From Ophelia neglecta (taxonomy: Eukaryota), in contig OZ260661.1 in assembly GCA_965285935.1 (NCBI GenBank), positions 45,756,001 to 45,820,000 on the forward strand: a DNA stretch of 64,000 nucleotides. The letters run 5' to 3'. Made by a program: the position numbers and the translations under genes. This document shows positions 41,901 through 52,537 of the stretch, one piece after another. Within the stretch, counting starts at the first letter, position 1, and each line of letters begins with the position of its first letter. Below the pieces are notes generated by a model, which worked only from the letters and a program-made list of their open reading frames with translations, did not search any database and was not told the DNA's origin.

Positions 41901-44900
41901 TACCCGACGAAATTAAAGCAGTCAATTTATTGATTATGCAACTAATTCTTGCATGCTAAATGAGAGGCTCGCGGGGCCCTTCGTATGCTCAGAGAACCCG
42001 TCCCAAGAGTCCAAGTACTTCGTCCATCATCATGCAACCGCTGTTTAGGCAACCGACTAAACATCTATCCAAAGCGGAAGTTTTGCCAGTCCGTTGTTAG
42101 ATTCATTTTTTTTAATACAGCACTGGGACAGCATAACTATTTGGGTAATGTCCGGAAAGAGTTATAGACTAAATAATTCTGAAGCGCAGGAAAATCCATG
42201 GAAATAGTGTTTGCAAAACCCTAACTGCAATCTGCCTATACGCAGTCAATCAAATACTGGACAAATTGTTCCACGTGGAAACATTGCTGCAGATTGCCAA
42301 AATACCTCGCCAATGGTGGTTACACAAAAACCAATTATGAGGCAAATCCAAACGTTCAAGCTAAAGCAATCGGTCAGAAACAGACACCATAAATAATGCC
42401 AGTATAGGTTTTGTAATTTGCAGAGAACAAAACGAGACGGGGAAATCCAGACTGAATTATTTGCTAAGACCTCCTTATTTAAGACAACCCTTTCCAAAAC
42501 TTTAACAGGTTATCAGTTTGAATGTCATTTTTCATTTTTAGGAAACTTACTAGATATGAGAATAACTGAAAGGTCACTCCATGACGCATTTGGTAATTTT
42601 TCTTCAACGTAACAAAAATGCAGACTATGTTAAGATGAAATACTTAATTATTTAAAAAATTGCGATTGAGCAGTGAGTCTCGATTTGATACTCTTATATC
42701 GTTCCATGGAAACATGAATAACAAATGTCAATAATAACTATACTACTCTTTAAATGGACTTCGTAGCTTGCTTTCTCCTATGTGAACACATCACACGCAT
42801 ACTTCTCCATAAGCACGTTATAGATCCACATTATTTTAATCATCTTTCCTGTGTTGTACAACCGGTGGTCTTTGTTGTGGTGGCGGAGGGAATATACATT
42901 GAATATCTTGGAAACTTTTCCCTTCAAATGTGAACCACGCTGACTTGTTCTTCAACAGTGAGTCATTAGTTGGTAATTATTTAATAATCCTCGTTGTTGT
43001 TTTTTTACTTTAATTCATGGCTATTGGAATGGAGGTTCATCTGTGGATTATGTTTTTTCAACTAAAGACCTCTTTCCAAGGGCGATACTTAAGAGGATTT
43101 ACTGGTAGAATATGTAAACATTCGCCAATTGGTTCAGCAGACGTGCTAAAGTTGTAAATCTTGTGTCGGGATGGGGAAACGCGATTGGCGTAGCCAAATG
43201 TCGTTTCCATTTGCATGATAATCGCCATTACAGAATCAATTGCGTAATGGGATTTGCTGTGGATGCTTTCGACTAATTGGATTATGGGTATTAGTTAAAG
43301 AATAATGGATGAACAGGAGGTAGCAAAATAAACACGATAATGCATGTTACTGGAGACATTTAGGGCAGAATATCTGGGATGGAATGGTCAATTGCCTCTT
43401 CGTTATTCTAGAATGGGCTTTATCGCTGTAATCATCTTGTCCTGGACTGTTACATAGAGAAAAGCTTGCCACTTTGTCGTATTACATGTTCATTGTTTAT
43501 CATTGCTCCTCTTATTCACTAATCTGACGGTTAAGAGTCTATTTCTTGGTATTTATTCTGCCCACATTTCTAAAATGGTTCTTGCTGTGATCTTCGTTTC
43601 ATTACACACGTGAAAGCATCAAGCTATAATGCACAGCATGGCTCAAATTGAAAACTTAGAGCATAAGGTACGCTGTGTCTCAGAGACGTGAGAACAACAT
43701 CTGCTTGGGATCATGGAAAGTGACTAAAATCTCTTAAATATGTATGATCTTAGCTTCTATATGATGGATATTGTTCGCACGTTAATACGACAATTGCAAT
43801 CAACTCGTATTCAGCTTATACAATAATGTGTTGATCACCGGTTATGTAGTAAATAATGGAAACAGTTGACTGTAATGGGAGGCCCTTTGTGTAGAGTGCC
43901 CCCAGTGTTGTGTCGTTGCGGCCCCTCACCATGTACACGTTCACGACAAATCGCTCCACACAGAATTTCTCGAAATTAGGTTGCAGACAGAACGCTTGAC
44001 ACATTGGACCGGTGTTTTCCACTGTGTCTCACTTTTCCTTTCTGTTCTTCTAAACTAATTGGAATCACATCATCATTATGGTTGAGACCCTTTTGGGGAT
44101 ACATTTTGTGCACACTGATCTTTTAATATAATAGTAGAGAGTTTTAGATTTTTGACGTGTCCGTTCGTGCAACGCGGAAGTATCCAACCGGACCTTATCA
44201 TCCGAATATAATTAACCGCTTGAATTGTATGTGCATATCAAACACGTCATATCGCCGGCTTAACTGGGCCTCACGGCTCACGGACAGGCGCATCAGAAAA
44301 TATCTAAATCTATAATATTGAAAGTTGGAACCGATCGTGCAATGGTTAATGCAGGCTGGAGTAACTACTGAAGTCTGCAGGATTTCTGACGTTTTAACAA
44401 ACAGTATTTTTTTCTTAAACAGTATTCAACTGTACTGCAACGGGTATGATTCGACCAAAATGGTGGGCATAGACTGACAAAATATATATAAAAACAGGGC
44501 CTGTTCCCTGCCCGAAGTCTGAGCAATTTAGATTTAGAAAAAGTTGGCGGGTTGCAGACAATCATCCGCTCCGATGGTGAGAGTAATAGCAATCCGGGAA
44601 TGTAACTGGGTAATGATTGTAACACAGAATGATGGATATTTACCAAGTAAAGCGGAAAGCTACCAAAGAGAAAGTCAGTCATTACGCTCTTCAAGATTAC
44701 AAACTTTATCATACTGAAATAATGATATTTGGCTGTTGCAGGCAAACCTGTCAATGAATGCTATAAGTGGGATTTAAGCCAGGGTTGACAACTTGGAGCT
44801 GGAAGAATTGCCACACTAGACGTACATGTATTTTCACAGTACATTTTTCCTCCATTCATATCTTTCGAAGCTGTGTACATAATGCAGACTGTGTTGGTAT

Positions 44901-47900
44901 GTAATGTACGTAGGAAATGAGGCGAAATTGCACTGTTCATCTATACTATACATTTTAAGACATTTTTTCCCAGCGTGATGTGGGCTAATGGCAAAGACAC
45001 AGTTCCTGCAACGTGTTAACAAAAAAAAAACGATAAAAAATATAACTAATAACTACTAAACCTTTGGAAATCACTAGTCTATGATTAAACGAATTACGTA
45101 TTATCATAATTATATACTACTAACAAATAGAGTGTTGAAACTTAAATCCCCTGCAAAAGATGACAGCATGATTAATGATGTGATAGGTTTTAGACTATTC
45201 TTTTCCTTTGCTGCCTGGCCATAATAAATCCAGCCTCACCACGGGGTCATCATAGAAGACGCTGCCAGGGGCGAATGCATTGATTTTCCCGTGTTATCCG
45301 TCGATGGACTGGGATTGCCCACTTGATTACGGAGTTATCCATCAGTGTGAGACCACGCCTTGAGCCAAACACACGGGGTGATTTAATTATCTTTAAGCGC
45401 TAACCCATGTCGGGATACGGATGCCATCTGAAGAAAGTCAGGAACTATGGATTGGGTGATGATCTCGATCAACTGCAAAAGGTTCTTACGGCTTTGTTCA
45501 ATCGACTAAAGCGAAAACAATGGAAAACGCGAAAGTAGTAACAAAATAATCTACAATATATGTCGTTATTTAATATAACCCAAACCTAGCCCCACCCTAA
45601 CTAATTCAACCCAATTTTTATAGGCTATAATTGTTTTTGGTAAGGTTAACATTATGTTCATAATAGTCAATACCAAGTTGCCACTTTCGCTTTCGCTTTA
45701 CCAGCTGTCTCTGCGTGAGTGTCCATGCACTCAATTAAAGCAGACGTGAATAAGGACACAAAGGAGCCCGGGACTACAAGGTAACTGATTCTTTTCCGGT
45801 GAAGTCTCACAAAAGGTAATTTTTTTCTAATGACATTGGTGCCTCCACCATGCTGTCTTCAAGATAACTTACAGACCAGCTATATTTAGAAAGCTCGATT
45901 TCAAATAAACCTGCTGGTTCCATCTTCTTTCAAACGACTTAGCCACTACTATATACCTGTGTGCTCTTCAGCGCAGATGGAAGATCAAATTCATTAAAAG
46001 ATGGCATTTTATTTTGCAATTGCCACATTTATCCTCTTGTAACTGCTTTGAATTTTATACGCCCACAAAAGCATCATAGACCACTTACGTCTTTGGTAAG
46101 ACCATTCGACTTGCTTTCATTTAAAAATGATTACGATACAATTTAATCGAAGACCATCCCAGGTAAAATATGATGATTTTAATTAGAACGATTCCAATTG
46201 ATGAGAAGAAAGTGTAACCCAATCGTCTGTAATGGATGTTTACATGTGCTGCGGTAGCATATCAAAGTAGCACGCCGGCAACAACAGATGGCAAGATCAG
46301 AGCCATCATTCAGTGTTATTGCCAGCTAACAGAATAGAAGCCTGTTATTTGTTTGATGGCTCGCTACTAGAGTAGCCACACTCCGGCCTCGTTTGTTCGG
46401 TCAGAGGGCGTAATACGAAATAAACTAGTATGCCTGACCCTTTTCTTTTACGCCGGCTGGATAACAAATGAACCTCTCTCTCCAGTGTCTAATTTGATAC
46501 TGATTAAAAAAGGTCAGCCATCGACATCCAGAATACTTGTCGTCCATAATTATACACATAGATATTACAGTATATGATGTACATGTGTGTCCTCATCCCA
46601 GGGCACAAGGTCGAGAACAGACACAACCAATCCACAGAATATGTACAACTACTCTCGCATGCATGCAGGGTAATACAACGAACTGCATGGAGGACTAGGC
46701 CTATCGAAAGAACACAAAAACTGCATTCTCCGGTGGCAATAAACACTCGATACCACTAAAAACATTGTAGGCACTCACGATATGCTCTTGATATAAATCA
46801 CTGTCGCTTTTTATAAGTTTAGATCGACAATTGCGATGAATATAAAACACACATAATCTCCCCATTGCTCCGGTGTTTTCTTTCATCTTAACTGATTATA
46901 GTCCCACACACAAACAGAAAAGAGACAGTAGTAAGCTGATTGGAAAAAGTGATTCATTGGGCAAACTTTTTTACATGTCGGATCTGTGATCCAGGCACAT
47001 TTCATAGAATTCACAGGTCCGCACGGCATAAGGCTTGAGATACTAAGCATGAGTATGGACCAATGAGTCGTAACAGGAAAGATACACAGGTTGTAGGAGG
47101 ACTGAGGTAATGCATCTTATAGGCCTAAGGTCTTTAAAAAAGCTGTTCAAGTTTTATGCCGACAATTCAACAACGTGAGTTTGATTTTCTGCAATAACAA
47201 CTTTAATAACCCCTCCTTACTTTGGAGCTTAGACGCGAACTGCAATGATCAGAAGAAAAGCATGAAGGACAAATTGCCCTTAATTGTAAAAGAGCCAGTC
47301 GAAACATGCCAACCTCCCCATCAGCTCCACAGATCTTGCCCGACGGAGGGTAGCCTACGAAGGTCGTCTGAAGAGGTTGAAAAGAATAAGCATACGACTT
47401 TTATTGTATTTGAATATTCATATTCGCACTTCCGATGAAAAAAGAACATTCATTCTAAAGATTTCCCGTGCTTCCAACGCTCAGAGTATTTAAGTGGTGA
47501 TTTCAGTATATTCGTGTTTTGTTATGTATTACAAAATAAGTGACTGAAAATGTTTACAAACTTCATTACGTTTGCACGATTCATATACCTGTGTAATAGC
47601 GAACTCAGCAAAATGAGAACTTGCCCACAGCTATTGTTCCACCCGCCTCACCAGACGCCATTGGTGCGAAAGAGAATTACTAAATTATGGTAATATTTCA
47701 CCCAAATAACCCATAACACCAGCATCATTTGTAAATTACGGCCTTGGGTATTTGAAAGCAATCAAGCGTAAGTGTCAAAAGTGCTTATCATCTTTAATAG
47801 GCTTTGTCACATCAGTTTGTTCCCCCTGACGCTTTGTGCATGGACACGAAAGTTCTCAAAATACCCTATTACAACATCACTGTTATGTATACTTCAGACT

Positions 47901-49987
47901 TGACAGCATTTATCATAGATTGAAAGTCCACAACAACTGACAATATGTTCGTTTTTTGCCACTGGTTTTATGCTTAACAATGAAACAACACAAATGAATG
48001 AGCATGCGCATTATAAATTTATCGCAGGGAAATTATCCATCAATGTCTAAAACATAATTGTAATTGGGAAGTTTTAAAACATACGCCAGCCTAAAATACA
48101 ATGAAACCATTCTGTCATTTTATGGAAGAAAATCAGAACGAGCCATTTGAGAAGTTGAAGTAAAATTTTTATGGCAAATGTGTCTTTTTAACGACTTGAT
48201 ATGAAGTTTACCGTACTTCCATGAAACTACACACTGATAAAGTTAAATAAGTCTGACAATTGATTCAGTCGAGTGCCGTAATTCATATACTTCATTTTCA
48301 AGTCTGCAAACATAAAACTGGGGAAATAAACCGGCTAAGCCGTTAAGAGTTATAAGGACAGCGTGTTAATATTTCTCTTTAAAAAAGACAGAATAGATTC
48401 CCAATGTTCCAAAATATTCAATTAAACCATTCCACTTGTTGTCTGCTTGTTTAATTAAGGCTGACCAACTTTAGACCGCCTGCCGAGTGTCGACACGACG
48501 TGTGGCGATCCATCCTCTATCATCGACAAAACAGTTTCCGAAAATGAAAGTAATTTGCTAAACTACCAGCATGTATTTGAACGCATTAATTAAATTGTGT
48601 ATACGAACATTCACTGTAAACAACAACACATACTTCCCGGCCATTTGGTCATGCTATGGCGGTACCTGTGTTAGAGTCAGCAATCTTGGCTGGTGGTTCA
48701 AATTTGTTACTTACGTTGGTACAATTTATATTAACAGTGAGAGCTGTCACCGTCAGACTCGGTTCATTATTATTTGTGTCGTGTTCAGAGGCGTCAAACC
48801 CATGATTTCTTGGGTCTGGTTGTTTCAGGTGCCGCCATAATAGCCCACTAGGACACACTACACATCAAGTCTACCGCCGAGGAACCTCATCAACAACACT
48901 TTCAGCCCCTAAGTGGCTCCCTCCTTCATGACACATTCATATATTCTGTTCAGCGCCAGTCTGGGTGAACCATTTACCAGAGATTCCTTTTGTTCGAAAA
49001 TTTCAATGTGAAAATCAACATTTGAATTGTTAGCGTGAATAGCTGTCAGAAGTATGATTCATGTACACAGCAGGTGTATATAGCAGATACGTCCAACTGT
49101 ATACACTCGTGCCCATGTGGAATAAAACCACACCACTTTAGTTAAAGCTTTATACTTCATTTTGGTATGTAAAACATATTAAACAAAAAACAAAATAAGC
49201 ACATAGCACTTCAACTTTGGCTACAAACATTTTTATATAAACCTCCTATTCCTGTTTTTTTATCATATCAAATAATTTAGAAGAATAAGTCATTTGAGTG
49301 ATAGGATTATAAGTTATTGTGGATGATGTGGGCAGTGAAATAGAAAGGCCTCTTCTTACATCGATTGCCCATTGTCTGTTAAGTCCACCCATTAACAAAG
49401 TAAGTAGGGATTGTCCTGCCCTTTTAATGAGAATAATGAGATGTTATCAGGTAGTTAAACAGACCATTCAGGTGGTATACTGGGGTGGGATAGGCGCCAG
49501 GGGTAGACTGACAGACTACAATATGTTATGAGTCTGTACCTGACATCGGAGCGATGGTAGCTTCTCCCCAACATTGAAATGCATTGAGAGTTACTCTTAG
49601 CAAGCACGTCAATTGATGTTGTACATTTCTGAATAAAATGTGTTTACCCTCCGCATGTTTAATTAACTGGCTAGCTTGAAGCTATCTATTCTATGCCTTT
49701 GAATAAACAACCAGATACATCAACAATCATAATAAATCAATTCTTATGAATGAATATTTACGCTGAGAGACAAATATTGAAAAAACAAGGTTATCAGGCT
49801 AACAGTGTCTGAACGTCCAATTGATTCATATCATAAATCGGTTAAAGTCCGAGTGATACTAAATATGAGCCATTGATGAAAGATCAGAAGTCTTACCTGC
49901 TTGAAAGAGCTGTAGGAGCAGGATACTTAAACTTATGGTTAATCTCAGATAAAAGCTGCTATTCCAAAAAGCTGCTTTGCCGATCAT
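20594..49987 (-). CDS. 14-exon gene for a 636-aa Cys-rich, probably GPI-anchored cell-surface protein (DUF7044/DUF7042/DUF7043-type uncharacterised family; possibly APCDD1-like). join(complement): 49897-49987, 28541-28682, 26592-26659, 25970-26050, 25693-25866, 24301-24410, 24000-24108, 23281-23524, 22960-23024, 22681-22755, 21864-22004, 21435-21532, 21198-21306, 20594-20997
   Basis: All 13 introns GT..AG with matching phases; summed length 1911 nt = 637 codons with no internal stop. Motifs CxFPxxWxGxWFQSG, HKNIIQYKES, CPF, CLATWKDG..YRCF, CHFPDW match my recollection of this invertebrate family (not database-verified). N-terminal signal peptide, C-terminal hydrophobic tail. Confidence 0.88.
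21198..21306 (-). CDS. Coding exon 13: SIRPEGKLSAFGTDRQCNRGISNLFNGAIKHSIAYK
   Basis: Acceptor gttgacag, donor AAG|GTATTT, 109 nt, phase 0-1; bridges the phases of exons 12 and 14. Confidence 0.85.
21435..21532 (-). CDS. Coding exon 12: VSLECLAIWSGNTRTFFIVRQAHKDSRLVNCF
   Basis: Acceptor ttcttcag, donor GTAAGA, 98 nt, phase 1-0; paralogous to exon 6. Confidence 0.9.
21864..22004 (-). CDS. Coding exon 11: DKLTPIDCPLPGLYQVQTSGSCIQHINVGCENTSTIELQSSCKDEN
   Basis: Acceptor gtgtttaag, donor G|GTAACA, 141 nt, phase 1-1. Confidence 0.87.
22681..22755 (-). CDS. Coding exon 10: NMVDYESSNQCVRDEEYKDVQILI
   Basis: Acceptor ttttatcag, donor GTAAGT, 75 nt, phase 1-1. Confidence 0.88.
22960..23024 (-). CDS. 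Coding exon 9: (C)LSKHQCIKIKRIAENVIEMYK
   Basis: Acceptor gcttgcag, donor AAG|GTAAGC, 65 nt, phase 2-1. Confidence 0.9.
23281..23524 (-). CDS. Coding exon 8: VFGWPPPSCHFPDWLTAREWRDVEG...YLSFATHA
   Basis: Acceptor ttgtttttag, donor GTAAGT, 244 nt, phase 1-2; inside ORF 23277..23534. Confidence 0.93.
23741..23956. mobile_element. MITE-like element with 12-bp perfect TIRs in intron 7 (Tc1/mariner-like ends)
   Basis: GAGTGGATACCC (23741-23752) ... GGGTATCCACTC (23945-23956), followed by TA on the right; left TSD not intact. Confidence 0.6.
24000..24108 (-). CDS. Coding exon 7: RYQYYGSDVYVSMSIDATCRGLRTARDGPFIMELTK
   Basis: Acceptor acacag, donor AAG|GTAAAT, 109 nt, phase 0-1. Confidence 0.9.
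24301..24410 (-). CDS. Coding exon 6: LDFDCLATWKDGSDMFMYGRFAGPGIVSKDESYRCF
   Basis: Acceptor tttttag, donor GTAAGT, 110 nt, phase 1-0. Confidence 0.93.
25693..25866 (-). CDS. Coding exon 5: PSSPTRCPFQYAYYFNYNDQVSGFCDQPIAYAKPCVGQNKFEFHFKHCEEYAMWNGL
   Basis: Acceptor attttacag, donor GTGAGA, 174 nt, phase 1-1; inside ORF 25682..25918. Confidence 0.92.
25970..26050 (-). CDS. Coding exon 4: FCIPRDSLRGVCNQIRIETPLYTLVR
   Basis: Acceptor ctcataag, donor GTACGC, 81 nt, phase 1-1. Confidence 0.87.
26592..26659 (-). CDS. Coding exon 3: DEGCFQCLLLIKRHKNIIQYKE
   Basis: Acceptor ttcttttcag, donor GTGAGT, 68 nt, phase 2-1. Confidence 0.92.
28541..28682 (-). CDS. Coding exon 2: CKCNFPNNWKGRWFQSGLGEVVIRDNVISQKGVCFEHHRDYFLLEK
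   Basis: Acceptor ttttcag, donor GTAGGT, 142 nt, phase 1-2; family N-terminal motif; absent from ORF track. Confidence 0.92.
31469..31690 (-). mobile_element. Possible decayed 3' end of a LINE ORF2
   Basis: HYSFINRTVNLFNLIDVVFLS...VKWRL* resembles the ORF2 C-terminal pattern xSFFxRTxxxWNxL....FKxxL of CR1/L2-group LINEs. Confidence 0.4.
31849..32031 (+). repeat. 24-bp minisatellite (CCACACTAATACTCCTATTTGGTA, ~7 copies) followed by a short (GTGC)n
   Basis: Directly visible; one unit is 27 bp; explains three repetitive ORFs in the track. Confidence 0.95.
49897..49987 (-). CDS. Coding exon 1: signal peptide MIGKAAFWNSSFYLRLTISLSILLLQLFQA(E)
   Basis: ATG at 49987, hydrophobic h-region, strong donor CAG|GTAAGA in phase 1 matching exon 2; promoter-like sequence ~470 bp upstream. 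Linkage across a 21-kb intron is inferred. Confidence 0.78.
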
Positions 49988-50439
49988 ATTATATCCGTTC
50001 ACGTAAAGCCAATATCATTACTATTGAGAACAACGTCTCCTAGCGGTGGCAATTGATTATAAAGTGTTTGCTGATCCAACCAAATTGTTATCACACGTTC
50101 GTTATTCTAGAAAACAGCACATACTTTCCGCAGGTGGCAGCAAAACAACCGAAGCGATTGATGGCTCCAAACATTATTGCTCGTACATTAAAACTACATG
50201 TGCGGATGATCACATATTAACATTTACGAATCCTGTGAATTTGAATCCTCCTTTAGTGTACTTAAACCAATATGCACCGAGGTTTCCGCCATAGATGAGT
50301 GGATGGCTACATGTCACGCAGTTTCAATACAAAACTGGTGATATATTCCGTGCAGGCGTTGATGGAAATAACTACGTGGTTTTGTTGCAGACAGCGAGGT
50401 GAGATGTGAGCGGTTTGAGCGATGTGAGCGTGGCGTAAG

Positions 50440-50600
50440 CACTCTACACAGTGAATGATCTCGGGGACCGCAGCGGCCACAGCAGCCGAGTCATACCGCC
50501 GTGACGTCCGGCGCCCGCCTGATTCTCCCCCTGGCGGGTCCCTGCGCTACCTCAACGCACAGCAGCCAATAGACTGATTGGCAACAGACCTGAAGGCCTT
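50440..50600 (-). promoter_or_regulatory. Probable core/proximal promoter of the minus-strand gene
   Basis: Local GC/CpG-rich patch. On the minus strand, an initiator-like TCATTC (A at 50456), TGACGT CRE-like site at 50502-50507, GC-box-like CCCGCC/GGCGGG at ~50514-50538, and CCAAT/ATTGG at 50566-50581. About 470 bp upstream of the ATG. Confidence 0.55.
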
Positions 50601-50974
50601 GGTCAATTTAACATGGCTGAAATTTTAACACTAGTTTCCTCCTGCGAGCAAGCCTTTGGTGTTTTATGATAATTTATAAGTACTGCTCAATATTCGCGGT
50701 TTGCCATCAGGATAAAATGAGGCGATGTAGTCAAGTATTGAATAAATATGACGGTTGGAAATTGCCCAGCTCGGAGTTCAAGTTGTAACAGTCATACAAG
50801 TCAATATGTAGGGCCATTTTGTCGAAATGCAGATATGCTAAAACATTCTATAAATCTCATATAATCTGCAAGTATTTACACATATTGGTATACTATAGAA
50901 TTATACCTTCAGACCATGGTCAATGTTGTCTAACTAAGAACTAAACTGATTATATAAAGTGCCAGTGCCCGCGG

Positions 50975-51140
50975 CAAGTGGCGGATTCAGGGGGGGGGGG
51001 GGGGGGGGGGGCTGGACCAGTGCCTATTTTTGGACCCAGTCAAGGTGCTTTCATGGAGTTGGTACCGGGGATAATCCAGACATTTGCCTTGTTGGAAAGT
51101 TTTGCCCCCCCCCCTTCCGGAAATCACGGATCCGCCACTG
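50975..51140. mobile_element. hAT-type MITE (~166 bp) with 8-bp TSD
   Basis: Left end CAAGTGGCGGATTC, right end GGATCCGCCACTG (imperfect TIRs); internal poly-G and poly-C tracts; GCCCGCGG duplicated at 50967-50974 and 51141-51148. Confidence 0.85.
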
Positions 51141-52486
51141 GCCCGCGGCGTTACAAGTGGTTAATTCCAAATAATAACCACCATTGTAATCAGCTACACT
51201 TGCGCTTGTGTCGGCACATTTTAATTCATATTCATTTATTGTTCGAGCTCCAATGTATTGAGAGCTAAATGCAAAGATTTGTCTATAATTAATCCGGCGT
51301 TTGATAAAGCCATTTGTAGCAAAACTAATAGTCTACACTAATAATGTTCATCCTATTCAAATTATTTTTCTTTCATGTGAAAACAATAGGCCTATATTAA
51401 TTCTAATACTTTCATTGTTAAGCTGATTGACATGTAAGCGATAAGACTTTTAACCCATTGCTGTCTGATGGCCCACCCCTCAGTCGTCCGGCGAGTCGGC
51501 TCCGAGCGGGAAGCCACTCCCCACCGCCTTCTTAACGCCGCAGAATGCCCTGAAAGATTGCTGAGAATGTGGTGAAGGACCGGGGTAAAATTATGGAAAC
51601 TAAATAGTGGATGAATGGCTGTGGCTGGAATGGTAGGAGCCGAGCTGTAGCAAAGCAATCTATGACCAGCGCTAACAACGGTAACCTCTGTCGTTCAAGC
51701 CTCTTGACCTGGCAAGGCAGCCATGCAAACTTCTTAACACTTTGAAGACGGTAGGCCTGTGAATACGGAATGATTGTTAAATCGACTCTGGTTAATAAAT
51801 CAAGTTGTTGGCTATTTGAGCCAGACAGCGCGTTGTTAATTAGTATTAATTGGCCCATAGGTGGATAACACAAAGCCTCGATGAACCTCTTAAACTGACC
51901 ACAGGGATTCGATCAGACAACAGACCCCCTCATTTAAATAAATCGTACATCATGCCACCCACAGTAAGATCGGCATTAAGATCGCCCTAAGATCGCCCAT
52001 TGCCCTACAGCTGTATCTCAATCGTATTGTTTTCAAATGGCCCAAGAAAAGATTGGTAAAATGCACTCGAGATTGATGTTTTAGTAACATGAGAACTGGA
52101 CTAATGACTGTTAAGGAATGCCAACCTCTGGGATTCTAGCTTTACGTACATACTGGAAACCCGCATGGCATCTAAAGCACTGTACCCTGTTCAAGTACTC
52201 AACGTTTTACCTGCCCGGGTAATTGAAGGACTGGTTGCAGTTTTTGACGCAATTATGACTGTTTTGTCCCGCACACATTCAATAGCCTGCTTATTGTGTT
52301 TTTGTAACATTTGATAGGCCTTCTGACGTTTGTTGACATGCATGTTTTTCCCTAAAGGTTGGGTTTTGTTAGTGTGACGGGTTTTTTTTCTCCAACCTGC
52401 CATTCGGGTGTATGTTTTGGTACTACGTAGGCCTTCAGGTAATTAAACGGTGAGAGGCCGTGGTAATGGTTAACCATATGAAGATC

Positions 52487-52537
52487 AGGGGGGTTGGGGG
52501 TATGGGGGTATGGGGTGGGGGGGTGGGAGGGGGTGGT
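52487..52537 (+). repeat. G-rich low-complexity tract, potential G-quadruplex
   Basis: GGGGGGTTGGGGGTATGGGGGTATGGGGTGGGGGGGTGGGAGGGGG: more than four G>=3 runs with short loops. Confidence 0.6.

Larger units (their letters stand above)
30330..43790 (+). repeat. Three collinear diverged copies of a non-coding multi-block unit in intron 1
   Basis: Block X at ~30330-30435, 35075-35300, 40130-40380. Block Y at ~32795-33030, 41970-42210. Block Z at ~33740-34070, 35645-35800, 43185-43560. Block W at ~36090-36200, 43660-43790. All in the same orientation. Confidence 0.8.

Noticed and set aside
44130-44316. Weak inverted ends tagagagttttagattt / aaatatctaaatctata
   Set aside because: Too degenerate to call a MITE without other copies.
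50959-51268. Gly-rich ORFs (GGGGGGG)
   Set aside because: Produced by the poly-G tract of the MITE.
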